In this document: positions 1-13,865 of the stretch, one piece after another
How positions within the stretch are numbered: the first letter of the stretch is position 1
Layout: each line of letters opens with the position of its first letter
Source: Octopus vulgaris
Lineage: Eukaryota
Length of the DNA stretch: 64,000 nt
NCBI GenBank assembly: GCA_951406725.2
Contig: OX597818.1
Span: forward strand, 10,602,001-10,666,000
Direction of reading: 5' to 3'
Made by a program: the position numbers and the translations under genes
Notes under the pieces: generated by a model
What the model saw: the letters and a program-made list of their open reading frames with translations, nothing else
Databases searched by the model: none
Told to the model about the DNA's origin: nothing

Positions 1-157
1 TGGGTCCTTTATGACTGTGAAGTTTTAATACCATGCTACTAATTGTTCAAATTAATTTGGCATAGAATTTGCTCTCTCCGCCCCGTTCTCTCTCTTTCTC
101 TATCTCTCTCACTCTATCTATCTATCTCTATTTATCTATCTATTTTATTTATCTATC

Positions 158-556
158 TACTCTTTTACTCTTCTACTTGTTTCAGCCATTTCACTGTGGC
201 CATGCTGGAGCACCGCCTTTAGTCGAAAAAATCGACCGCAGGACTTATTCTTTGTAAGCCTAGTACTTATTCTATTGGTCACTTTTGCTGAACGCTAGTT
301 ACGGTGACGTAAACACACCAGCATCGGATGTCAAGCGATGTTGGGGGAACAAACATAGACACACAAACATATACACACACATATATATATACATATATAC
401 GACGGGCTTCTTTCAGTTTCCGTCTACCAAATCCACTCACAAAGCTTTGGTCGGCCCGAGACTATAGTAGCAGACACTTGCCCAAGGTGTCACGCAGTGG
501 AACTGAACCCGGAACCATGTGGCTGGTAAACAAGCTACTTACCACACAGCCACTGC
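158..556 (-). mobile_element. tRNA-derived CORE-like SINE, family A, near full length
   Basis: Reverse complement has a tRNA-like head (A box TGGCTGTGTGGT, B box GGTTCAGTTCC), a CORE-like CCTTGGGCAAGTGTC segment, an internal TA/CA microsatellite and an AAGAGTA-repeat tail; near-identical to the 42194-42618 copy. Confidence 0.88.
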
Positions 557-919
557 ATTATTTATTTATTTATCTATCAAGAAATAAATGCCAATAATAT
601 AATTGCGTATGTGTGGTTGTCTTTATATCACATTCAGAAAAAGAAGCTTTACACCTTTTCAAAAAAATTCTTGTTTTAATTCCTGTGTTGCAGAACCGGT
701 AGAGCGCTTGACAAAAAGCCTTTAGTTATTTGGCTTCTGTTCGTTCACTCTCTGAGTTAAAATCCCACCAAGATAAACGGTGCTTTTATTGAAGCCGAAA
801 AGAGAACCATCATTTCTTGAAATATAATCGGTTACCTTTGAAAATTTGTACTACACCGCCACAATCCAATGTCTAAAACTAGGAAATGAAAGTAAAAATC
901 TATACAAACTCATACACTC

Positions 920-920
920 C

Positions 921-954
<34 letters not shown>

Positions 955-964
955 TGCATATAAA

Positions 965-1026
<62 letters not shown>
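920..1026. repeat. Adjacent (CA)n and (TG)n microsatellites in inverted arrangement
   Basis: Read directly from the sequence. Confidence 0.9.
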
Positions 1027-1028
<2 letters not shown>

Positions 1029-1801
1029 GAAGACGAATCTGTATGAATGTGAGTCCATATGATATTTGCGTGCATATCTATCAATAAATATCACATACAT
1101 GTTTTCACACTCACTCCTATTGATGCATTCAGTGACAAATACATGTGGAGGTGGGGGAGTGAGAGAGTCAATGAAATGTGTGAATTAAGAATATATATAT
1201 CAATGTCTATGGTTATGCATGTATGTATGTGTCATCACACCTATGCCCACGCCTACCAATCTTTTATAACACATAAACGCATGTTCATATACATGCACAC
1301 ACATACACACATACACACATACATATGTTAAATTATATACACACATTTATTTATAAATACATATATTTCTTTATATACGTGTGACTATACATGTTGTATG
1401 TGAACACGCTTGTCCTCGTCCGAGCGTGTATGCTTCATCAAACATACATTTACACGCCTACTGACCTCTTCTAGAGCACACACAGACACTCACATGTAAT
1501 AATGAGTGAGTGTAGTTGATAAAAGCAAGCCACCCATTACTTTAGCAGAGCCCAAACCTACTCACGGTCAATAAACTATGTACACCCGATTAGCTTTCTC
1601 TGCCATCCCATCGACACAACTTTGGTGTGGGACCATCTTTACAACAAAATTGTTGAAGCGACAGTAAAAGGCGACAGCTGGCCAGGTGATAGCTGTCCGC
1701 ACGTTTTATTTACACATGAATTATTTTCTTCTAACTGGACAGTTACACAGAAAAAAAATAAGAGTTTACAAAAGATATGGCGGCCATTTTACTACTTGAT
1801 A

Positions 1802-1803
<2 letters not shown>

Positions 1804-1892
<89 letters not shown>

Positions 1893-1893
1893 T
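1804..1893. repeat. (TTA)n microsatellite
   Basis: Perfect array of about 30 units. Confidence 0.95.
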
Positions 1894-2051
1894 TACTTTA
1901 TTATAAAATGTTATTTTATTCATTTTGAAATGTTATTTTGTTAGAGTTGTGTACCAATGTGTAAAATGTCTTCCAGGTTATCTTATTTTATATATCATAT
2001 AAGTATGTATGTATGAGTATATATATATATATATATATATACATGTGTGTA

Positions 2052-2105
<54 letters not shown>

Positions 2106-2899
2106 CTCTTTCTCTTTTTAATTTTAGAGTAAATTTTGACCGGACACCTACTTGGTAGCAGGGTCGTGAAGGAAAGTATCTTCCTTTAACCACCCTCGTT
2201 TAAATCTTAAGAAGGTCTTGCAAATATTTATAGTCTCAGATGTCGTGATCATTTATAGCATATGAATTAAGGATTTGCATTCTGTCCCCCAAGATCCCAA
2301 GTTCAGCCATACCTTGCTCCAAATGGGTTGGTATGTATCTTGTTGCTCCAATAATAAGTATGAAGCTAAAAGTTTATCTTGGGCATGTATGTATGTATGT
2401 ATGTATGTATGTATGTATGTATGTATGTATGTATGTATGTATGTATGTATGTATAGGGTGGTACACAAAAAAGTAGCTCGTGTTTCGTAGCATAGTGTAA
2501 ATACAGAAATAAATTTAGTTGATCTCTGCCTGGTCGCTAAAACGGCTAGAAAAAGCAGCCAGATGTCCTTCAAACCTCACTCTCATGTCTTCAAAAAAGG
2601 TCCTAGGATTATGTGGTCCTAAGCACCAAGCATTAAAAATACTGAAGAAAGTTACACTAAATATGCTTTGCTGCATTTAGTTACGTCGCTTTTTGTTGTT
2701 CAATCAAATCCTGTGGAGGCTCACTTTATGCTTCATTCTTCCAAGACAGATAACATAAAATACCAGTTAAAATAAAAATATGATTGCTATAATCGACGGT
2801 TCCTTTTCCTAAATACGACTAACCTTGTACCAATACCACAATGACAGTCTGAAAAGGAGGCTTACAAAATGGGTTGTGATAGTAGATTATCTCCCTTTA

Positions 2900-3045
2900 C
2901 ATTCAAAGTTCAAATATCGCTGAGATCAACTTCGCCTTCCATCATTTTGAGGTCGATAAAATAAAGTACCATTCAATTACTGAGGTCCATGTAATCGACT
3001 TGCTACCGCCCCAAAGTTGCTGGCCTTGTGCCAAAACTAGGAATT
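2900..3045 (+). mobile_element. SINE family B, partial
   Basis: GTTCAAAT B-box-like motif, then CCTTCCATCATTTTGAGGTCGATAAAATAAAGTACC central domain and GGCCTTGTGCC tail shared with other family B copies. Confidence 0.7.
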
Positions 3046-3070
3046 ATTATCATTATTATTATTGTTGTTG

Positions 3071-3146
<76 letters not shown>

Positions 3147-3384
3147 GAGTGAGAGAGCAGTTCATGCCATCAAAGTGACACTGGGGTAAAATATACGAAG
3201 CCCAATATACCCATCATGACTACCCGTCTGATAAGGGTACACCAGGCGCATGCATCACAACCATATGTGCGCGACATGGTGATCTCATATCAAGATAAAC
3301 AGCACATGACCTTGCAGGTGGGTCCCAGTTAGAATTTTCTTCAGGTTGAGTAGCCCATCCCGCTCAAAAGGTCCCTGAATAAGG

Positions 3385-3385
<1 letters not shown>
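3147..3385 (-). mobile_element. Retroelement 3' fragment embedded in a (TTA)n array (Dong/R4-like target use)
   Basis: A 239-bp complex sequence flanked on both sides by pure (TTA)n; the reverse strand ends ...CTCTCTCACTC(AAT)n. Confidence 0.55.
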
Positions 3386-3431
<46 letters not shown>

Positions 3432-3432
3432 G

Positions 3433-3895
<463 letters not shown>

Positions 3896-4198
3896 ATTGT
3901 TATTATCATCACCGTGTATTCCACGCTTTGTTGCGATTTCTGCTGCACTACGAGATTCCCAAGAGGTGTGCACCATTGTGCTTTGGCGAATTGTATTTGC
4001 ATTGTGCATTAGTTTTGTTTTGTTGAGTGACATGTGTTTTTTTAGTTTTGTTTTTTTCTCATTTTACTTGAAAGAGTTGTTTGTAGATACTCGAAGTAGG
4101 CGGTAGGCATTAATAAACTGTCAATGAAAAGACCTTATCACTTATTCATATGTATGTATGTTTGCATACATGTATAAATGTATATATTCAGGGGCATG

Positions 4199-4231
<33 letters not shown>

Positions 4232-4255
4232 GATTGATTGATTGATTGATTCCAG

Positions 4256-4301
<46 letters not shown>

Positions 4302-4379
4302 TAATATATATCTATATATAATATATATATGTGTGTGTTTGCGTGCGTATATATGTGTGTGTGTGTGTGTGTGTTGTGT

Positions 4380-4421
<42 letters not shown>

Positions 4422-5349
4422 GTATATATGAGTTATAGATATATAACTCATATGTACATACATCCACGGCATGGTTTTGATAACGTGAATATTTATAAAT
4501 ACAACTGCATAAAATATACAATTATGTGTATCCACCATGAACACACACACACACACATACACACACACACACACACTCACTCACTCACTCACTCACTCAC
4601 TCACACAGGCGCTTGTAATATTACATACATGTACAGTATATTCAAGTATTAATGTTTTATACTCCAACATGAAATATAAATGCTTTTTAAAATTAGCTCA
4701 ATCAGCAAAACCAAACACAGGCTCTTTAAAACACACGCACGCTCCTTGGACTGCTAATGACACTTAAAAGAGAGAGATTAATATCTGCATCATGACAACT
4801 ATATATATATTTTTTTAATATCTTTTTATGAAAGCTGAACTTCTGGCACTTATTCTGTATATTTAACTTGAAAGACAACGGAAATTGCGCATGTCTAGTA
4901 TTCATATATTAACCAATTACTGAATTACACATTGAATTCAAGTCATTAAATCGGCATTTTGTTTTCTTTATATATATATATATAATTGATTGGAAATAAT
5001 TTACTTTTTATATTTATAAATTAATATTTATGGTCTTAATCTGAGTAGGCACTAGCCTACCTTCTCTAACCAGATGGCACGTTCTTCCCTTATAGAATTT
5101 CACATGTACTTTTTTTGCAGAATATGCTTTTGTAAGTTGTGTTTTGTTGGACACTGATTGTATTTCGGTTTTGTTCGGTATTTTTTTTATTATATATATA
5201 ATTATATTAAGTGGTGTTATGTTTTTATATTGGGATGTGATGTTTGGTTTGCGTGATATTGGATGGTGATTGTGCAAAATACGTGTAATTTAAATTATGA
5301 TGTAGATTATTATATTGTAGAATACGTGTAGTTATTATTTTTTTTTTTC

Positions 5350-5770
<421 letters not shown>

Positions 5771-6004
5771 GAAAGAGTACTTTTTCTCGTCGAGTATTTT
5801 GTCTCCTTTATTTCATTAGTGATTTTTTTTTTATCCTAGGTCTCTAAAACAAATACCAGTCATATAATGGAGACGATATAAAACACTGTTTCTTTCCCCA
5901 CTCCATTTTTTATTATATCGACTCCAGTACTTCACCGATTCTTTATTTCTTAGTCGCTAGTAAGTTCAAAGATAAAATTGATGTTGGGATTTAACTAAAG
6001 TTAT

Positions 6005-6180
6005 TGCCGTTGTTGAAGGGCTACACTAGACGGCGCTGCCAACTCATTATTCACAGGTGCATCCTCAGATTTACAGTGTTATACTTAATTCGAAACTCCA
6101 CGTGAGCATTATAACAAGTTAGTGCCCACCCAGAATATTCTGAAGCACCTTCAGGCACCAAAGTATAGCGACGGGCGATG
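6005..6180 (-). mobile_element. Small non-autonomous DNA element; related copies at 41965-42118 and 42800-42980
   Basis: CCCAGAATATTCTGAAG, CCTCAGATTTAC and GCGACGGGC match the reverse complement of the other two copies. Confidence 0.6.
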
Positions 6181-6211
6181 CTATTTAAACTATAACAAGC
6201 CATCTCATGAT

Positions 6212-6772
6212 AACCTCTACGTAGTTGCTCGCTTTGCCAGAAATAGACGACAAATTTATTTCAAATCACATCCTACCATCTTAAAAAAGGTTATATATAT
6301 AAAATAATGTATTACAGAGATCACTGCATATGAATAGTTGGAATGCCTGATCAGTTTAACCAGAACTAACCTGGTGCTAAACGACAACAATAGCGAAAGC
6401 TACCAAAAGCTAAACTGAGAGATTTAATGCCCTTCGCTCGATTTGCCAGGAAAAAAAAGACCTGGGATTAGGATATGTTAGATAATGTAATGAAGGATAC
6501 GCAATGTGTGGGATGATCACGACTGAAGTAGCTTTAATCAAAGATCAGCTTAATTAGGGTGAACTTAGGGTTACCATCAGACAACTAGGGATCCTCTATG
6601 CGAACCGTTGACTTGTTAAAAACAGCAGTTAAATCTCCATCGAATTACACTCAACCATCTACAAAAACAGGACACATGGGATAATCTTGTCTATAAAACG
6701 GAATGGTCACGATTAGAACGCATTTAATCGTAGGTCTGCACGATCAGGGTTGATCTTGGGTCAAAACTACGA
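6212..6772 (+). mobile_element. Head-to-tail trimer of a ~180-bp repeat (family D) with (CAA)n-type tail
   Basis: Three diverged units: CCTCTACGTGG..CTAGAAATAGCAGCCAAATCT..GGAATGCCTTTGATCATAGG..GACCTGGGGCTAAACAACAAC consensus. Confidence 0.65.
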
Positions 6773-6958
6773 CGGTGGCACACTCCCTGTGCCACTGAGG
6801 TGAATGGTTTACGAGGCTACATTAGGTTTTTGCACGGTGTTCAGTGAAATAATTACTAGCAGTATATAAACTGTGATAAGTGGTTACATACAGAGATAAG
6901 TGGCCAGTTTAACGTGTTTATTATGTTTTGTCTGTGTGTCTGTCAGACCACCTGACAT

Positions 6959-7075
<117 letters not shown>

Positions 7076-7212
7076 TAGGGATCTATATTAAAACAATGAA
7101 CCTGCCTGGACTTGCCGACTTATTTATTACATTTCCTTGGTTAAGCAATTTTCCCTTTCTCTCTATTTCTATTTAGCTGTTAGTTATTAGCTACCTAGAT
7201 AGACCGACATCA

Positions 7213-7296
<84 letters not shown>

Positions 7297-7849
7297 GTAA
7301 GTCTGTCTGTCTATTTTTTACTCCTTTTCCATCGTTTTATTTGCGTGTCTAACTCCTTCTCCCTCCCAACCTTTCTCACTTCTTTCTGTGTGTATCTATT
7401 GAGAGAAATAAACTCACAAGACACAGAGACTCTGTGTGTAGGTGTGTGTATGTGCGTAGGTGTGTGTGTGTGCGCGTATGTGTGTGTGCGTGCGGATTCG
7501 TTCACCTATCCAGCTACCTATCCTTATCAATGTTATACACACACACGCACACTGTCTCTTTTTCTGTCCTTATCTCTCTATCTCTATTTATATCTACAAT
7601 TATCTGATTATATGGTAAGGTGAAGTTGAGAGGATATACATTCTGACAATCTATCATTCTCTATTAATCAATATTTGTTTATCGATTAATCTATCTACCT
7701 ATTTATTTATATTATATCTGTAGCTATTAATATGTTAGTCTCCCTCCTCCCCTTCTCGCTCTCCCACTCAAACATATATACATACATTATATATATATAT
7801 ATATATACATACATACATACACACATATATATGTGTGTGTGTGTGTATT

Positions 7850-8075
7850 TACTTTTACTTTTATTCTTACGTGTTTAGTCATTTGACTGCGGCCATACTG
7901 GAACACCACCTTTAAGGATTTTAGTCGAACTAATCGACCCCAGGACTTGTTTTAAAGCCTGGTACTTATTCAATCATCGTCTTTTGCTGAACCGCTAAGT
8001 TACAGGGACGTGAACACACCAACACCGGTTGTCAGTGGAGGAGGACAAAACAAACAGACACAAACACACACACGC

Positions 8076-8140
<65 letters not shown>

Positions 8141-8225
8141 TATGTACGTATGTATGTATGTATGTATGTATGTATGTATGTATGTATGTATGTATGTATA
8201 GACGGGATTCTTTCAGTTTTCTTCC
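7850..8225 (-). mobile_element. SINE family A, 3' two-thirds
   Basis: GTCATTTGACTGCGGCCAT ... ACGGGATTCTTTCAGTTT collinear with family A. Confidence 0.8.
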
Positions 8226-8603
8226 ACTTCGCAATCATGTAGCATCGAGTTCAATACCACTATGTAATTTTGAGATAATGTCATCTATCATAGTCGTGGG
8301 TCAACTGAAGCCTTATTGGTGAAACTTGGTCAGCGGAGACTGTGCTGAAGTCCGTCGGAGAGACAATTTTATTCTTAGGTGTTAGACTTAATTAGTCGTC
8401 TGGTTCAACAGTCCTGGGTTTGGATGAACTCTACGAAATACGAATCAGTTTCAAACAATCATTTCAGGTCTTCGGTGGGGAAATGATTTCTCCCATTCTT
8501 TCCACTCATCTTGAAGGCACTAAAAAATGGCGTAGATGCTGTTTTGTTTTTTTTTTCGCTTTTGACTAAGTCATGTTGCCAAACAATTCTACATGTGCAT
8601 ATA

Positions 8604-8938
<335 letters not shown>

Positions 8939-9083
8939 GGCCCTAAATCCACTCTATTGCTCATGCCAAAGATTAATAAAAAATATACATGTACTCTTAT
9001 TACGAGTTCTATTTTTCCTGTTTGCTTCACCATACCCGAATTCCATATATAATGTGTATACACACACACATACACGCACATAT

Positions 9084-9120
<37 letters not shown>

Positions 9121-9586
9121 CATACATAGGATTAACTCGTGAATTCTCCCTATACATATACATATATACATATATATATATATATGCACACACACGCAAG
9201 CACATTACATATATATTTTTTTCTATCACGCTTACCTATCGATATATCTATCAATACACACTTCAGTCTGTCCCTGTACCTATCTATTTTTCTCCCTCTC
9301 TCTCTCTCTTTCTCTCTTTCTCTTTCTTTCTCTCTCCCATTTTATTCCTCCTATTCTATCTATCCATGTTTATCTATCATTCTATCTTATATATCATATT
9401 CATTTGTCATATCTCTCTGCTATGTCCCTGCTAACTCTCTCGTCTCTCCCCCCTCCTCTTTTTCCCCTCTTAAACTTTCTCTGACCGTCAAGTTAATACA
9501 TTCACTGTATACGTCCTTTCGACTTCGGCTCTTTTCCCTGCTTGTGTTTTAATTTTGATTTACCTGTATGTGTATATCTCTATATA

Positions 9587-9633
<47 letters not shown>

Positions 9634-9746
9634 ATTCAGAATCAGGTACTTGAAAAGATATGCACCAGGTAGGGTTGGATAAACCTGTGGTTGGTGAGTA
9701 TCAAATAAGATATTCCGGTTGTGTACATTTCAGTTATTATACATTT

Positions 9747-9831
<85 letters not shown>

Positions 9832-9929
9832 TGTTTATACACGAACATACATATATAGACAGAGAGAGAGAGAGAAAGAAAGAGAGAAACAGACAGACAG
9901 ACAGAAAAACAGGCAGACAGAGGTGGAGG

Positions 9930-10550
9930 AAGACGATCAAGATTCAAGATTGGTTTTTATGTCTTGTCTAGTGGATCTGAGATGATGGTGGCCAATGAGG
10001 TTTGTCCAACGAGGACGCCTCTCATACATGTAAAACACCAGATTGAATCAGATTCTACAATTGGAGCTGGTTTAAAGCCAGCAACTCGCAGAAGTCAAGC
10101 AGTTTGAGATATGATTTTGAGAAGTCACTGAAAACCTTTCTTTCCCACTCACCCCCAGTACTGAAGCTTCACTGACTGCGTTCGACATAGAGGAAAAGCT
10201 CTTGGATGCGGTATTTCGGCATCAGACTGATATACCCTGGCCATTTTGCAACTATGATGTTGGCTCACTGAAACCCTTCCCAGTTCTGTCTGACCAAGGA
10301 TATTTCATGAGCAAGTGGCGAGTTGCTTCGCATATTCCAGTTTCTATGTTTCACAAACATAAAGGATGGTTATGAGAGCAACAGCGTGGTAGGCATTCAG
10401 CTTTGCAATGTGGCTGATACCTCTGCGCTTTCACACGTTCTCCTGCAGTCTGCCAAATATAGTGCTTGCTTGGAGATCCTGCTGTTGATCTTTCTCATCG
10501 ATGTTTACTGTTCTTAGAAAGCTGCTGAGGTAGATGAGCCTGTCAAGTGC
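9930..10550 (-). mobile_element. RTE-clade LINE 3' fragment (decayed post-RT C-terminal ORF)
   Basis: Minus strand reads LIYLSS...NIDE...ASTIFGRLQENV*KRRGISHIAKLNAYHAVALITILYVCET, matching the RTE/BovB-type pattern YLGS..IDDE..ASAAFGRL..VW..GI...KL.VY.AVVL.TLLY.CETW; stops and frameshifts present. Confidence 0.8.
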
Positions 10551-11084
10551 ATGCATGTATGTATGTTTGTATCTAGGTAGGTAGGTAGGTAGGTAGGTAG
10601 GTAGGTAGGTAGGAGTGTACGTACATATGAATGTATAGTCTTTTACAACATACATACGTACACACACATATACACACACATATACATACATAAACTTACA
10701 CACATACGTACATACATGCATACATACACACACACATAGTTACATACATGCATATATACATACATACATACATACATACACATACACACATATGTACATA
10801 CATGCATACATACACACACATACATATACATACATACATACATACATACATACATACATACATACATACATACATGAATGCATGCATGCATGCATACATA
10901 CATACATACATACATACATACATACATGCATGCATGCATACATACATACATACATACATAGACTGACAGACAAACAGGGAGATAGTGTTGTATGTATATA
11001 TTTGTACGTATCAGTTCAATCATTGCTACTGCAGTAAGTGTACATAACATTATTACAGTCTACACCCACAACAAAAATTGTATC

Positions 11085-11440
11085 CGACTCACCCAACTTG
11101 CACCAACAACCCCAACGCAACCAACCACCCTGTTGCCACCAACAACAACACCGCTATCACCACCACCAGTAACAACACCGCTACCACCGCCACCAATAAA
11201 CGACCAGCCACCAGGACAATGTCCATTAGCTGCAATACATCTTTAGCTATAAAGCTATAAAAAGAATCTAGATTTGGTCCAGTGCTTCTGGTTAACATTA
11301 GAACATGATTAACTGGCCTGCCTCTCTCCTTCACCACACTAAACCGCCATTACGTCAAGAACAACAATAACTCCAGCAGAAACAACGTACACTTTGCCAA
11401 TAGCGATAGCTACTACCCTAAGCAAACCAATGAACAACCA
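11085..11440. repeat. Degenerate (CAC/AAC)n low-complexity tract
   Basis: Trinucleotide-derived; source of the P/T-rich pseudo-ORF. Confidence 0.7.
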
Positions 11441-11564
11441 TAATGCACGATAAAAAAATGTTTACACACATATCTATCCATATTCATGAGAAGAAGAAGG
11501 AAAAATAATCACATACGCACGCATACGGCCGTACACACATAAACATATGACGTACGTAGACGAG

Positions 11565-12000
11565 AAGAGTCTTCATGTGGTCACTCAGTCAGCTGAAAAT
11601 AACAGCAAAACCCGGCTTAACTAGCACGTTATTGTCTTTAATAAGGATATATTGTAAGTCCCTCGTATTCAAAAGAGCGAACTGGTCATAATTGGAATGT
11701 CTTTTGATCATAGCTCTGCCAGTTCAGAGCTGACCTGAAGCTAGATTAAGCACATCGAGCCAACGGTAGAACCTCATACGTATTAATACGACCTACTAGA
11801 AATAGCAGCTAAATCTAATTTAAATCAGATGCAACCCTCTCTCTCTCGAGAAAAAAAATGGAGATGGTCATTGGATTATGTAGAGCTAAATACATTATAT
11901 CAGAACAAAAAATACAAGACAGGATGGGCGAGGCTGGAAGACCTTTGATAATAGGCTTGCTCGAGTAAAGATAACCTGGAGCTAAGCATTAATATCAACA
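11565..12000 (+). mobile_element. Family D dimer
   Basis: Two units containing GAAAATAACAGC/GAAATAGCAGC, CTTTGAT(C/A)ATAG and ACCTG(A/G)AGCTA. Confidence 0.6.
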
Positions 12001-12310
12001 GCAGCTGTATATATTACCGTATTTTCCTGTACGTGCACACGTGTATATGTGTATTTATAAATATGTTCATATATACTTACACGCTAATCATATATATTAC
12101 ATCTATAGGTATTTATTTACAGCTGAGATTCCGAGTTCGATCTCAATGCATGCCTTATTTGAATAAGTCGTAACTTGCCTGAAAACTCTGGGCGCTTACA
12201 GTTGAAACTCAGAGTAGCAACAGACTGACTCGATCAAAATAAAATATATTATTAATCTCTGTTATGGTTCTGAATACTCGTTCTTCCGACAGTCAACATC
12301 AAACGTGTGC

Positions 12311-12345
<35 letters not shown>

Positions 12346-12414
12346 GGAATACATATACATTTATGTGTTCATATGCATACGCGTACAAGTGTGTGTGTGT
12401 GTGTGTATGTGTGT

Positions 12415-12680
12415 GTAGGCACAGGTATGGCTGTGTAAGTGAATTTACGGAAACTGCGTGGAATCCCGATGCACATCTGTGTGTATGCATGTGTGTTGTG
12501 TTTGTCTCCACTGCTTCGCAACCGGAGCTGGTTTGTTTACGTTCCCATAACTTACTGGTTCGACAGAAGAGACGTAAAGACAAGTATTTGGGATCAGTTC
12601 GTTCGACTTGACCCCTTCAAGATGACGGCCTTCCGCATGGGTGCAGTCCAGTTACTTAAACATGTGAAAGCTGAAAGATA
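12415..12680 (+). mobile_element. SINE family A, degenerate
   Basis: GGCACAGGTATGGCTGTG head and ...ACATGTGAAAGCTGAAAGATAAAG tail. Confidence 0.6.
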
Positions 12681-12707
12681 AAGATATATATAAAAAGGTA
12701 AAATCGT

Positions 12708-12744
<37 letters not shown>

Positions 12745-12746
<2 letters not shown>

Positions 12747-12878
12747 GCAGCCTTGCCACGCAGAATATCATCCCGATTCTGTCTGAGGATTACATCAAGG
12801 ATAGAAGTATTTCTGGAGTACTCAACCGTTTGCATTATAATTCTACGAGTAGGTAATTCAGTTGATCGATCAACTTGC
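12745..12878 (-). mobile_element. SINE body fragment (family C-associated body)
   Basis: Reverse complement GTTGATCGATCAACTGAATTACCTACTCG..GGTTGAGTACTCC aligns with 17821-17890 (GTTGATCCGACCAACTGAGCCACCTACTCG..GGTTGAGCACTTC). Confidence 0.6.
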
Positions 12879-13134
12879 AATATTTATTATCAAAAGCCAA
12901 CAGATGATCCTTTTACTTATTATTTATTTATATACTAATATTATTAACAGATGCGTATTATGGATATTCATAACGTCTGCTTAAAATGGCATTCGGTTAC
13001 TTCCCTTTGAGATCTAAGTTCAAATCTGACAGACACCATTTTTGTCTTTTTTTTTTATCTTTTAGCTTTTTTTGGTTGATATGCTATAAAGATTTGACTC
13101 ATATATGTGTGTGTGCGTGTGTGTATGTGTGTGT

Positions 13135-13503
13135 GTGACTGTGTGATAAGAAGCTTGCTTCCCAACCACATGGTTCCGGGTTCAGCCCCGCTGCGTGGCA
13201 TCTAGAGCAAGTGTCTTCTGTTATAGCCTCAAGCTGACCAAAGTCTTGTGAGTGGATTTGGTAGACGGAAACTGAAACATATGTGTGTGTGTATGTATGT
13301 GTGTTTGTCCCTCCACCACCATCGCTTGACAACCGATGCTGGAGTGTTTAGGTCCTCGTAACTTAGCAGTTCGGCAGAAACGACCGATAGAATAAGCACC
13401 AGACTTACAAAGAATAAGTCCAGGGGTCGATTTCTTCGACTAAAAAGCGCTGCTCCAGCATGGCGACAGTCAATTGACTGAAACAAATAAAAGAGTAAAA
13501 GAA
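13135..13503 (+). mobile_element. SINE family A
   Basis: Head TGACTGTGTGATAAGAAGCTTGC..GGTTCAGCCCC; tail AAAAGAGTAAAAGA. Confidence 0.85.
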
Positions 13504-13520
13504 TATATTATACACATATA

Positions 13521-13865
13521 TCTTTTACTAGCTTCAGTCATTAGACTGCGGCCATGCTGGAGCACCGCCTTGAAGAATTTTTTTTGTGTGTGTGTGTCGA
13601 ATGAATTGACCGTAGTATTTTTTTTTCTGAGCTTGATATGCATATTATCATTTTTTTTTCGCCACAATGCTTGGTTACGGGGATGTAAACACACCAACAC
13701 CGGTTGTCAAACGGTGGTAGGGAACAAACACACCCACAAAGACACTCACACGCACACACATACTCACAAGACTTTGTTCAGTCCGAAGCAATTGAAGAAA
13801 ATATTTGCCCAAGGTATCACGCAATGGGACTGAACCCGGAACGATGTGATTGGGAAGCAAGTTTC
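13521..13865 (-). mobile_element. SINE family A, tail-to-tail with the previous copy
   Basis: Begins TCTTTTACTAGCTTCAGTCATTAGACTGCGGCC; ends GGGACTGAACCCGGAAC..GGGAAGCAAG. Confidence 0.85.

Noticed and set aside
285-597. Recurrent peptides such as RRASFSFRLPNPLTRLWSAR and DGLLSVSVYQIHSQGFG, resembling a gene family
   Set aside because: Antisense translations of SINE family A.
1660-1790. GACAGCT..AGCTGTC hairpin and ATGGCGGCCAT palindrome as a regulatory module
   Set aside because: Short motifs common inside DNA-transposon relics; no independent support.
10992-11246. Pro/Thr-rich mucin-like ORF
   Set aside because: Derived from degenerate CAC/AAC trinucleotide repeats; no splice or start context.
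12751-12852. Apparent 102-bp symmetric coding exon (CAG|...AG|GTAATT; LATQNIIPILSEDYIKDRSISGVLNRL)
   Set aside because: Its reverse complement aligns with the SINE body at 17821-17890, and there is no polypyrimidine tract.
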